Positions 11,708-23,700 of a stretch of DNA of 64,000 nucleotides are shown here, one piece after another; position 1 is the first letter of the stretch, and every line of letters starts with the position of its first letter. Origin of the DNA: Amoebophrya sp. A120 (Eukaryota; Protista; Dinoflagellata); assembly GCA_905178155.1 (NCBI GenBank), contig CAJINV010000015.1:581309-645308 (forward strand), read 5' to 3'. The notes beneath the pieces were generated by a model. The model had not been told where the DNA came from. It searched no databases and worked only from the letters and a program-made list of their open reading frames with translations. Made by a program: the position numbers and the translations under genes.

Positions 11708-14341
11708 TCAAATTTCATCACCATCATGCAGCATATTATTTTTCAAACGGTCTCCATTTTCTTGCTTCGCACGCCCGAAAGTGCGTCGATCTCTTTGTTC
11801 GTTATCTCTTCCATCCAAAATATTGAAACGCACGTCGTCGTCCAAGACCTCTCGTGCGAGGACGGTATTATGCACTGGCAAAGAGCTGCTCCTTCTTGTT
11901 GCCCTGCTACTTCGACTCACACCATAAGACGAGAAAGGCTTTCCACCAGCATAAAAATCATGCTGGTCTTGCTCAGGAACGCTAGCAGCACTGCCACTGT
12001 TGTTCGGCGCGTTAGCATGACTCGACGAAAGCTCCTGCTGATGCTCTTGTGCAGCGGCCGTTGCGTAGACAGCATTTTCGTCGCCGAAATAAGCGCTCTT
12101 GGACGATGTTGAACCGCCTGTAGCAGAAGTATTTCGAGTAGTTCCCCTACTACTTCTTCTTCCCTCGTTACTTCGCATGCTGAGCAGCAGCGGTTCCAGT
12201 GTCGCCAGGTGGAAGACAACAATGAAGAACATCACCAGCATTAGGAGGTGAAAGAGCAGGTTCTTGATCCGAAATTTCTTAGATGAATAAAGTTGCAAAC
12301 TCGCGGCCACGTTCTTGTTGTCCGATGTCCTAATATCTTCATGTTCGTCAAACGGCATTTCGATTCCGCCGTGCTTTTCCAGGAGGTCCAGCATAGCAGG
12401 TTCGCCTGCTGCCTCGCGGAGGTCTTCTTGTTTCCCAGCGGCGCAAAAGTGGCTCCTCTTCACCGCCGTTGGCTCTCCTCGTAGCCGGTGCAGCGTGGTG
12501 TAGTTGTCATTCGAAATATCGCGTTTATTGCGAAGAGGAAGATTCTGTCTCGCGTAAAAATTATCCGGTAGCAGGCCTGTTTCTACTTCTTCAGAAAGTT
12601 CGGTAGTCTCGTAACTGCAAATGTCGGAAATTGTGCCGCTCATCGAGGATACTGCGCCGCAAAAGGAGGTGCTCAGTTTGTACAGGAGAAAGTAGTCCCA
12701 GGATGAAGAGGCTGCAGTAGAAGCTGGATATGACAACTCAGTTGTAGATGACGCGGAGGCGGAAAGCGAGTTCGTCATCGGTATTAAATACTTCGCGCGT
12801 ATCCACATGCACAGCAAACACGCTACTCCGTTGTTTAGTCCCCGGCCGAGAACCTCCCCGACTTGTTTGAGTTCCTTGTCTTCTAAGCTACTTGTACTTT
12901 CTTCATCGTGATGCCGATGATCTCCATGCAGAAATAATGACAGGAGTAGTTGTCCGGCTTTTCTTTTTGTCGACGTGCTCATCTTCGTGTAAAGTGATTT
13001 TTCATCGTCCGGCGCAGTGTGGTTCTCTATAATTCGACGCTTCCGCTTCATCCGGGCGAGAAACTGCAAAACGGCTGAAAACTTCTTGCACACCACCGTT
13101 CCGCTTATGGAACCGAAAGCGGAAAAGCCACAGGCTAGGAGAAGGCCGAGAAGTTTCGTTTCGACATCAAAGTGACGGTTATTGTCGTGGCGGGGGTCCT
13201 CCGAGTAGTTGTGCAGCACATTCGGCTCAGCTAGGTCGATTATGAAGTCGTGCTCGCTGCGTGTAGTAGTTCTTGTTCCTCGTGGTCCTTCAGTACTATC
13301 CATTTTCCACCAAAAAATTGAGGCGCCGGCGTGGACGAGCGTGAGAGTGAAGATGGCCAGTGTCGTTGCCACTACAAGTTTGTACAAGTAGTGCTGCACG
13401 ATATAGTTTCTTCTTTCCACGATGGGGGGAACTTGGTCGTGCTGGTCCTGATGCAGCATCCTCTGCGTAAAAACAGTAACTCTACTTCTCCCGTTGTTCG
13501 TATTCTCGTCAAGCAACCCGGCAACCACTCCCCCCACAAGCCGCCTGCCCAGGCAGAACGCCAAACACCCAATCGCCATGCTGGTGAAGCAGTAGCAGAG
13601 ACCCAGAACGCGGAACCCGAAGTGAAAAGTATAATTTGTTGTGGGTTCATCGGAAACTGATGAAAACGCTCCCTCTACTTCTTGATCATTGTCGCCGTTA
13701 TTTATTTCGCTATCCAGAAGCATGATGTCCTTTGCCGCGTCACCGATGTCGGGAAAACTTGTTATGACCGAGAGAAAGCCGCCTGAAAACGCCTCGAGGT
13801 GGAGACGGTGTAATGCTGTAGTTAGTGACGCGGTTGGAGGTGTGGTGGATCTGCGTCGCCCGGATGATATGTATGTGCTTCCTGCTTTTTCGTCCATCAT
13901 GTTTGAGCTGGCTAGCGGTTCTTGTTCCACAGCGCCGCACGATGTTCCAAGAATGATCGCGGAAACCACTACACCCTCGAGGAAACAGCCGAAGGTGTTG
14001 AGGAAGAACGAAACCCAGGCAAGCAGGGTGACGTTTACGGGAATTGGAGTTATTTCTTCATCTTCAAGAGACGGCACAGCCAGGGTTTGTGGCTGTGTTG
14101 GTACAGTTGTCTGTCTCGCTTCACCGCTGATGTTCCTGTACAATACCGCAGGTAGCAAAACGTTCACGAAACACTCGCCCGCGGCCGCATAGACAGCGAT
14201 GAGGAGATAAAAGGAGCAAGCCGACCATTTAGGTGAAGTGAAGAATGACGACGAGAAGCCTCCCAACATATTTGATTCTTTATCTTTTTGCAGAGTCTTT
14301 TCAGATGTTAAGAAACAGAAACCAGCCTCAGTCTCAGACAC
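11708..14341 (-). CDS. Intronless 877-aa membrane protein, likely a FEX-type fluoride exporter (two fused Fluc/CrcB domains, diverged)
   Basis: Two sets of Fluc-like motifs. Set 1: FFLNTFGCFLEG / AFSGGFLSVITSF / YCFTSMAIGCLAFCLGRRL. Set 2: FSAFGSISG / GLNNGVACLL / LSTSFCGAVSSMS (cf. TGFCGGFTTFSTF). Multiple hydrophobic helices. Confidence 0.6.
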   Translation of the reverse strand: MSETEAGFCFLTSEKTLQKDKESNMLGGFSSSFFTSPKWSACSFYLLIAVYAAAGECFVNVLLPAVLYRNISGEARQTTVPTQPQTLAVPSLEDEEITPIPVNVTLLAWVSFFLNTFGCFLEGVVVSAIILGTSCGAVEQEPLASSNMMDEKAGSTYISSGRRRSTTPPTASLTTALHRLHLEAFSGGFLSVITSFPDIGDAAKDIMLLDSEINNGDNDQEVEGAFSSVSDEPTTNYTFHFGFRVLGLCYCFTSMAIGCLAFCLGRRLVGGVVAGLLDENTNNGRSRVTVFTQRMLHQDQHDQVPPIVERRNYIVQHYLYKLVVATTLAIFTLTLVHAGASIFWWKMDSTEGPRGTRTTTRSEHDFIIDLAEPNVLHNYSEDPRHDNNRHFDVETKLLGLLLACGFSAFGSISGTVVCKKFSAVLQFLARMKRKRRIIENHTAPDDEKSLYTKMSTSTKRKAGQLLLSLFLHGDHRHHDEESTSSLEDKELKQVGEVLGRGLNNGVACLLCMWIRAKYLIPMTNSLSASASSTTELSYPASTAASSSWDYFLLYKLSTSFCGAVSSMSGTISDICSYETTELSEEVETGLLPDNFYARQNLPLRNKRDISNDNYTTLHRLRGEPTAVKRSHFCAAGKQEDLREAAGEPAMLDLLEKHGGIEMPFDEHEDIRTSDNKNVAASLQLYSSKKFRIKNLLFHLLMLVMFFIVVFHLATLEPLLLSMRSNEGRRSSRGTTRNTSATGGSTSSKSAYFGDENAVYATAAAQEHQQELSSSHANAPNNSGSAASVPEQDQHDFYAGGKPFSSYGVSRSSRATRRSSSLPVHNTVLAREVLDDDVRFNILDGRDNEQRDRRTFGRAKQENGDRLKNNMLHDGDEI

Positions 14342-14799
14342 ATGTTCTTAGAAGTGTTCTCCACTATGTATCAGGTAAGAAAGGGACCAATCCGGTTAAG
14401 TACATTTGCAACATCTTGATGTAGTCGGACTCGGATTCATCTTCGTGCTTTTTCTTGATGTTGTGCATAGAGACGATCTTGAAAGGAATGTTTTCATTCT
14501 TCGGAAGGGAAAAAGTAGATGTTCTTGCGTGAGCCAGTACTGTCAACTCAAGTTCAATTATTTTTACAGGCAGGAAGAGGAACACGAACAGTGAAAAAAG
14601 CCTCTGTGCTGCGACATCATCATGCGGCCCTGGCCCACAATGAAGCATTTTGCGAGCCGTGACTCGGTTGTCTTCGATTGAGATTGTGTCCCTGTCCTTA
14701 GCTAGTAGGTTTCATCTACTTCTTTTTTTGCAACACGATCGCCAAGGTAGAATGCATCTTCAAGCCATTGCCGTATCAAGGCGATTCTACCGGCTTAGT

Positions 14800-17700
14800 T
14801 CAGATGCCGTCCTCCTCTCGCATCGGACTTTTTACTTTTAGCGCGGTCCTCTGACTTTTGCTCGGTCCAGGTTGGACATCATTCGACGTGTTCACCCGAA
14901 GATCGTCCCCCCGGTTGTCCTGCACGGTCAACATGGCTTTTCCACTTCTACTCCCGCCAGGCGTCCCCGCATGTAGTCCTGCTCGTGACCCCTGCTCATC
15001 AACTTCTGTAGAAGTTGCTGAAGCTGCTGCCGTCACTCCAGCTATCGCAGTCACAACACGACTGCTCGGCCTTGTTCTCACCGTCATCAAATGCTGGAAG
15101 ATCACACTTAGCGGGTCTCGGATCGCCCTTTCTTCGCAGAGGATCAACTTTGGGAGCAACAGCTCCACTGCGGCCGACGACGTTCTTGGATTCATATTTC
15201 TACTCTCGTGGTCGCCAGGAGTTGAAGCACAACTTCTCGCGAATATCTCCTGCACTGCGTCGCCCGTCTATGGAACTGTCAGGATTGAAATTAACAAAGT
15301 TGAAATAATTTGTGATGCATAAAATCGACACCAGTTGGAAGCCCAATTCGCAAGCGGCGCATGACAAATTTCGGCGGTCCCTAAATCCAGTTTGTCCTGC
15401 TGTTTAGGCAAAGAAGGGCGACTTTCTCATGCTACTTTAGCAGCTCGAGCTGCAACCCCAAACAGGCTTGCAATCGGCCTCATTTGCCTGCTCTGCAACG
15501 CACGTACCTCGGGTCATGCATTTTATGCATTACAAACTATCTCAACTTTGACGATTTCAAACCTGACGCTTCCATACCGTCCGCGCGATCCGTTGTACCG
15601 TGTCCGCGAGCCGGGATGCCGTGATTTGTCTCCTTATGTAGTTTGCTGAGGGTGAGGCAGTAGTTGTCGCTGCCGCCGGCGCTGCGCCCTTGCCACTCTG
15701 GTGCTGGTGCTGCCCCCGCTTTGACGACGGCGTGCTGCTGTTGATTTCCAATCTTTTTGAAGTTGACGTCCCGGCGCGGCTCGCGGGGGAGAGCTCTTTT
15801 GACGATGGGGAAGCAGTTGTAGAAGAAGAGTCTACTTTCTGTTGTGCTGCGTCATCCGCAGAAGTCGACCACTTTCTGTACTGCTCATATTGCTCGCACA
15901 GCCGGTCCAGCAGCAACTTTTTCGCCAAGTCTTTGACTTTCGCGTTTATCTTCGGGTTAGTAGCAGGATATTCCTCTGTACCAGTAAAGCTGTGTTGCAG
16001 CCATGCGCCACCGCTAGCCGCCGCAGCACCGTGGTGGTGGTTCCCAGGGTCGTCGTCTGTAGCAGGGTCCTTATTGTAGGCCACTCGACCGAGTAGAAAA
16101 TTTTCGTATGCCATGCATGTCAGGCATGAAGATTTGTTGCCGTTGGACGAAGTGCTAGTCGACGTGGACGTCCCAAATGTTGACGTTACACCACGCGTCG
16201 CTAAATCAACCAACAGATTCGTGATGGCCTCGAAAGTTTTCCCGAAGGAGTTTGTACTTGACGTCCCGCTGGTACTCGCACTACTATGTGAGCCAGCAGA
16301 TGATAAAGCGAGCTGCTCCTCCTCCTCAATCATTTGCTCTTGTTCATTTTCGATCAGCATTTTCAGCAACTGCGATACCAAGCTGAAGCTTTCTTCACTT
16401 TGTTTCGCGCAGATTCTTATCCTGTGCAAAAGTATCGCACGCGTAGTAATCGCAGTCATGCATTACAAATCTCCATCCCAAGGTAAAACTGCATGACAAA
16501 TCCCATTTGTCATGCTGAGCTAATTTGTCATGCGATTTATGCTAGTACGATACTTTTGCAGTGCATAATTCTTGGAATCAATTGGTACCCGAGTAGGTGG
16601 ATTTTCGCGCATTCGAGAATGGAAGTGGATACTGGTGTACTGTTGGATGCAGTTGTCTTATTGCCCCCTCCGCCACTACCTCCAGCCTTGCTTGACATCG
16701 CAGGAGAATTGGAGGAAGAGGAGAACGCTGCAAGATGAAATTCGGTGAAATTGATCGCCACAATGAACTTAATCGCTGCATCGAGGAAGGGCTGGTGGTC
16801 GAAATGATTATTTTCAGCTCCTGCTGAAGGTGGCGTTGCAAGCTCGCCGGCGCCCCCAGCCCCCACGACCGTAGAAGGACAGTAAATCGTCTGCAGACAG
16901 TCCTCAATGAGGTAAAACCCCGCCTCAATTGCGACTTTGAACAATCCTGTTTCGATGCTCAGACTGTGCAGGAGTTCATGGTCGACAACATCCGTGCCCC
17001 CACCAACTAGATGACCGATCGCGGAGCCTATGAAAGTGCACAACTCCCCCTCCCCCTCATTTGTATAACTCCTATTGCTGAGCTGCGCAAGTTAAAACTT
17101 TGTGACGGGGAGGAAAATCGTCCACGCCGAAGCTTTTTTTGGCATTTTTCAAACTTTCCAAAGCTGTCGCGATTTGGGAAGTCGCCCAACGCCCAACGGC
17201 CATATTTGCTCGAAATATTTCGCGGCTCGAAATATTTTGGAGCTCGAAATATTTTGGAGCTCGAAATATTTTGAAGCTCGATATATTTTGGTGCTCGAAA
17301 TATTTTGGAGCTCGAAATATTTTGCAATATTTCCCAGCTCGAAATATTTCCCAGCTCGAAATATTTCCCAGCTCGAAATATTTCCCAGCTCGAAATATTT
17401 CCCAGCTCGAAATATTTCCCAGCTCGAAATATTTCCCAGCTCGAAATATTTCCCAGCTCGAAATATTTCCCAGCTCGAAATATTTCCCAGCTCGAAATAT
17501 TTCCCAGCTCGAAATATTTCCCAGCTCGAAATATTTCCCAGCTCGAAATATTTCCCAGCTCGAAATATTTCCCAGCTCGAAATATTTCCCAGCTCGAAAT
17601 ATTTCCCAGCTCGAAATATTTCCCAGCTCGAAATATTTCCCAGCTCGAAATATTTCCCAGCTCGAAATATTTCCCAGCTCGAAATATTTCCCAGCTCGAA

Positions 17701-20700
17701 ATATTTCCCAGCTCCAAATATTTCCCAGCTCGAAATATTTCCCAGCTCGAAATATTTCCCAGCTCCAAAGATTTCCCAGCTCCAAAGATTTCCCAGCTCC
17801 AAATATTTCCCAGCTCGAAATATTTTGCAACTCCAAAATATTTTACAGCTCCAAAATATTTTGCAGCTCCAGAATATTTTGCAACGCAAAATATTTCGCG
17901 GGCCCCGTCGAAAATATTTCGCAACAAACTCCCAAACAAACTCTTCTCCCCGTTTCACTTCCTTACTAAAATCCCTAAGGAAAAAAAAAACTCAGTTGGT
18001 CGCGCGTCCGAGGAGCGAGAGCAACGCGATCAGGCAGCCGAAGACCGAAGGCGGCGATCGCATTCCTGCGAACTCTACAGGGATGGCAGCGCATCCTACT
18101 GAGAAATCTTTCCCCTGGGTAGCCAGAATTGTTGCGCTAAACACAACAACTCGGGGAAAACAAGCAAAACGCTCCATCCTTTTGCCCGTTCCTTCCCACT
18201 ACCCCAATATCCCCTCACTATCCTGATACCCTCCCAGTGCCCTATTGGAAATCTTTTCCCTGGGTAGCCAGAATTGCTGCGCTAAGCAAAGCAACTCGGG
18301 CAAGAAAGTGAATCTTTTCAATCCCTGTCCAATGTCCTCCAAGTATCCTGAAGATACCCTCCCAACATCCTACTGGAAGCCTTTCCCCTGGGTAGCCAGC
18401 TTTGCTGTGTTAAACACAGCAACTCGGGCAAAAAATCCAATATCCTCCCACTATCCTGATACCCTACCAATATCCTATTGGGAACCCTTTCCCCAGGTAG
18501 TCAGAATTGCTATGCTAAACACAGCAACTCGGACAAAAAATCCAATATCCTCCCACGATCCTGATACCCTCCCAATATCTTCCTGAAAATAAACCCTTTC
18601 CCCGGGTAGCCAGAATTGCTGTGCTAAACACAGCAACTCTTGCAAAAAAACCCGAAAAGCCCCAAAGTCGCCCCTGGAAATACCCTCGGGCCATCTCCGC
18701 CCGGCCGACATTCCGCCTGGATATGCCTTGAGGCGTCTTGCTTCGCCTGAAATTGTAGCAGCGCCCGCGGTGCAGATGCCTTCTCAAAGTGTTTCTAGCT
18801 GGATTTCCAGATGGAAATGGAGCAGGCCTCTTCAGCTGGAAATCCAGCTGGAAACACTTTGAACAGGCCAGGTGGGAAATGCATTGAAAAGCAAAAGGCG
18901 TCTGCAGCTGCATTTCCAGGCGGAAACGCGCTGCAGATGCCTCTTCCAAATGTTTCTCCAGCTGGAAATGCATTGAAAAGGCGTCTGCCGCCGTCTGGGG
19001 AACACCGCCGGCGGCCAAGCACCAGGTGAGCAGCTGCCCACCACCCTCCCCCGGCGCCCTCCCTCTGTTCGCGAAGGGAAAATCGCGCCCCAGCGCCAGG
19101 CGTGCAGGCGAGCAGCTGCCCTCACCACCCTTCCCCGGCGCCCTCCCTCTGTTCACGAAGAGACCGGCAGAGGGCGCCACCGTCCGCCGTCTCTGTCTCG
19201 GAGGAAGGGCGCGCGCGAGGGAAGCAGGCGGGGGCGAAACAGATTGCATGCGAGGTAACGCGGGGGGCGCCGTTGTTGTCCGGGGGTGCTGGGGGAGACT
19301 GGTGGGCCCCTGCGCCTAGAGGGCAATGAATGAATGCCCCGCCCCGGCTCCCTTCCTCCATCCACGCGCGCGGCAGGGGCCCCAGCGCGCGAGCGTCCGT
19401 TCTGCAAGGCTGCGCGCAGAAGAAGGGCGCGGGGGGCACCAAGGCGCAGAGGGGCGGGGCACGCAGGCAGGCGGCACGAACGGGCCACACCGCAAACGCG
19501 CGGGTGGGGCGTCACGCGCCAGCGCCTCGCATGGCGCGGACTGTTCGCCTGCTTCCTTCCCCCGTCCACTGGCGCCCGCCCGCTGCCGCGCTTTGCGTTG
19601 TTGCTTGGGCCTAAGGCTTGCCGCCACGCAAACGCGCACCCAGTACGAGCGGGGTCCTCGCGCTCGCACAACAAAAGGGAACCACGGGCGCCATGGCGCT
19701 CCTCCTTCGTTCTTTCAGCAAGAAGCGGCGCAGATGCCTGGCCCCGCCCTGCATCAAAAATTTTCTCCCTTACCCACCCTCTGGCGTTTTTCTTTCCACC
19801 CCGTCCACTCGTTCACCCTCCCACTGCGCGACATAAGTTGCGGCCTTGTAGCATGAACAGCAATAGTACAACAGACACCACCCCACGTGGAGTCCATGCA
19901 TGACAAATTTGAGCGCCTAGCGTAGTAGTGTTTGAGCTTCCGGGATTTGTCATGCAAACAATGCCACAAGGAAGTGCCTCGATTTATTGGGGTTTTGCAT
20001 GACAAATGACGGTGACCACGGGGAGTTGTGCACTGCCATAAAGCCAGACACTGTATTTGCGGAGCTCCCGCTGGAGGAGAAAATCGGCTTCAAAACCTCG
20101 AGGAGGTATGAACTGCAAAAGTATCGCACTCGTATAAATGCATTACAAATTTCCGCAGCATGAGAAGTAAAATTTGTAATGCAGATTCGCCTTGGGAACC
20201 AGATTTGTAATGCAGGACTCGCATTTATACGAGTACGATACTTTTGCACAGGATAGGAGGAGGTAGGGCACAATTTCGTTTCGGATTTTCGTGCCGGAGC
20301 AGGTCTTCATGATTTGCATTGCAGGAGATGCTCCTGCAGAAGTCGTCGACGCGACTCCTTTCGACCCCCCTTCTGGTATATTATTCTCCTGCATCAACAA
20401 CAGAAGCCCTTGCCTCACGACGGAGACAAGCAAGTAGCAGACCCGCACGGCCAACATGGGCTTTTGCGAGTCCGCAAAAAGAATTTGCTTCCCGAGGTAG
20501 ACTTTGGAAAAAAGCTTCACGAACGTCTCCAGAAGGCTTGTGGATTTTTGATTTTGTGTTGCATCGTCCGCAATAAAGTTGTGAAACCATTTCTGCTGTT
20601 CCAGCAGGGAAAAAATCCCCGAGACCGGGTGTGGCAGCGCCTTCTTGTGCGTGAAAACCGCGAAATTCCTCACCATTTGCTGGTGCGGGGTGTTCGGTGG

Positions 20701-23700
20701 CGGCTGCCAGGTCTTCAGTGGAACATAATTGGTGGATGACGAGGAACTACTACCTCCAGCACTACTGCTTTGCGTCTGTGTCGTCTTTATGCAGTTCACT
20801 TCCGGAACAGCCTGTTTCTTCTTGTACAGTTGCAGACTGCCTCTGATACCCGGTTGCCAGAGCCACGCCGCGCCGGAAAAATTCGTGGAGTAAGAATTTT
20901 TTCGCATAGAAGCACTTAGCAGCTTCGAAGATGAGCCATTGGGCGTTTGCGACCTACTGACCGGGGCTGTGCCTCCTGCGGATCCGGCGACGGAAGAAGA
21001 TTGTAGTCCTGATCCACTGGTGGTACTACTAGAAGCAGTTCCTACACCTACAGCTGCGCTACTACCCCCGATGATATCGTTCAGCAAGTTGTCAATTTCG
21101 ACCTCCATCTGCTCATCCAATTCGCAAACATTGGACTCGGAATCTTTTATCTCGGGCGTGTTTTTCAAAAGGGATTGGCTGATCGGGTACCACGGCTCCG
21201 CGACATCTGTGTAAAGTGTAGGTACGGAGCCCATGGAAATCAGGAGCAGCCACTGGATTTCGGCCTCTTTAGAAGTCCCGGCGAGCGTGGTCGTTGATGT
21301 CGTTGTGGACGATATTACACCAGAAGTTGCGGTTGACGTCACATGCTGGTGCGGTTGGTTCAGCGTGGTTAAACAGGCCAAGACCCCGTCTGCTAGAGCC
21401 TCTGGCAACACTGGTTGGGTCAAGAACGCCTTGGTTAAGCGCCACAGTAGCGCGAAGCAGGACTTCCGGAGGGAAGAGAACGGTAAAACGAACTCTCCCA
21501 GACACTTGAGACAGGTGTTTGCCGTTATCAACTGTAAAAGTGTCTGGGTCTGGAAGAATCCAACTTGTCATGCTGATTGTGGGTTCTAAAAAAACCTGTA
21601 TTGCATGAACAGCAAACAGAGTCCAAGTTTAAGTTTTACTACACGGAAAGAGCATTTGTCATGCGGTATAGGCATCAGGAAGCCCTCACAAAATCTGTGA
21701 TGCTAGGGCATGCATCACAGACATCAGGAGTCATGCAAAATGTGCATGACAAACCTGGCAATCTTCGAGACCCAGACATTTTTACATTTGATAGCCGTGC
21801 GCGCGTGGCTCTGCATGCGGTCCTCATCGATTTGGGAAAAGAGGTCGAGGGAAGATGATTTGGATAAAGACGATGTTGGAACTGCTGCTGCTGCGGCCGG
21901 GGTGCTCTGTAATATTCTCGCGGCAGAAGAACTTGAGTCCTCGTTCTTGCCCGGTATGTTGAGCTGGCCGCCAATGCCGCTGTTGCTCCGAGATGATCCA
22001 GCATTCGAATGCAGTCCTGCCGGGTTAATATTACCGCCGCTCAAGTCAGTGTAGAAATAGGAGTCCGAATCCTTATCGACTGTGATGTTGAATCCGCCAC
22101 CGCCCCATGGGGGTTTCAGGCACTGCCAAATGGTGGAAATGTACTGCAGAGCGATTTCTGTCCAGCACTCCTGGAGGGGATTTAATATTTTGGTCTCACT
22201 TGCATTTGCAATGATTTTTTCCTGTCCGCCCCCGCCCTGCTGTTCGCCACTGTTGTATGAGCAGGACAACTATTGAGAGGAAAAATCCCCCCTCCCCATA
22301 TCAAAACAAAAAGGCATGCTTTCGAAAATTTGTCTTGCTGATTTGAGACCACAAATCACGTCTGTCTTGCAAGAAGGCAAACGCAGAGGCTTCCGCGCCA
22401 TTATGGAAGCGGTTTGGCATGCTGCTGGGCCTAGAGGACAGCCGTTTGCAACGCCAAGCACCTACACCCAAATGTCCCTCGTAGGCTGCGGATCTGGTTG
22501 CGATGCCGTGTTGCAAGACAGCGCGAATTTGTGTACGCAAATCCTGCATCACAGATTTCCCATTTGATATGGGGAGGGGGGATTTTTCACTTTGATAACA
22601 ACAACACCTTCTTCATGCTCTGCATCGCCAACCCGACCGACTGGCCCCATTGCTTGCGTTGCGTGTTGCTGCTGTGATGTAGATCATTCATGTTCATCCC
22701 CGTAGATGATGAAGACGAGGTGCTCATCGCTTTCATGTGGGCGTTGGATTCTGTCTCGCACCTCAAATAAACGTCAACCAATCTTTGCAGCGTACTGAGC
22801 ATCACGGTGAGTAGCTTCTTCAAAATTTTCAGTTCCTCCGCCTGTTCCTGCTTTTTGGTTTGGTTTTTCGTGATCATGCGGGCCAGAATGGGGTTCTTAT
22901 TTCTCACGGAGGTCGAGGACGTGGCAGTTGAAGTAGTGGTGGTCGTTGTAGACGAAGATACAAGAGTCGAGGCTGAGGAAGTCTGCGCACCAGCTTGTCC
23001 TATCACCTCCACATCCTGTTCTGTGCTCCCACACAACGCGCCCGCGAGGGACTTCAGCGCGCAATCTCTCACTTCCCTTCTTGGGTCCAGGCAAGATATC
23101 TGGAGTTGCCGAAAGAGCTGCAACCAAATCCACTGGGCGTTGTTGCTGCCAGCAGTATAGGAGTTAGAAGTGTGCTGCTCGTTGGAGTTGTCAGCTGCGG
23201 GGGCGGCTGGGGCAGCAGCTGCGCCATCTGGACCGCTCCCAAACGCAGCAGTATTTTGACGCGAATGTTGAGAGCCACCACGACCACCTGTCGCTGCACT
23301 AGTGCCGTCTTCCGGGCTGGCATCGTCATCTTCGTTGTCATTCAGGTCCATCAAGAGATTCCCCCGCTGGGCACTAGGCGAAGTGGTCGAAGATGATGGC
23401 TTTAGAAAACGCGTTGTCGGGATCTCTATCCCGGTACCGCTTGACAGATCCGATCTGTCTTGCTCGCCTCGCATGACAGATGTCGTAGTTCTCGTGTCAC
23501 TGCCTTGGCCTTCCTCCGAAATCTTCGCCAAAATGTCGGCACTTTCCCAGAGGTACTTAATCGCGGTGAAAGATACATTCACTGACAACTTCGTGCATCT
23601 CGCGAACGCGCCAACTGTCTGGATTAAGACCAACAGATCCACCTCTGCCCGGTCTCGGTCAGATGACTTTGATACAGCTGGTGTAGAAGTAGTTTTGGCG

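Larger units (their letters stand above)
17066..19848. mobile_element. Non-coding GC-rich, satellite-bearing element without TIR or TSD, copy 1
   Basis: Starts taactcctattgctgagctgcgc and ends gacataagttgcggccttg, the same ends as 27220-30240. Removal restores catttgtatagcat, as in the empty family G copy. Confidence 0.85.
17029..20040. mobile_element. Introner family G expanded to 3 kb by a nested insertion
   Basis: tatgaaagtgcacaactcccc / ggggagttgtgcactgccata; DR gagcc/aagcc; empty homologue at 54778-55016. Confidence 0.88.

Noticed and set aside
17205-17920. Regular short repeat array resembling a CRISPR, and six-frame ORFs across it
   Set aside because: Head-to-tail 17-bp units with no unique spacers, no cas genes and a eukaryotic context. 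The ORFs are open only because the unit lacks stop codons.
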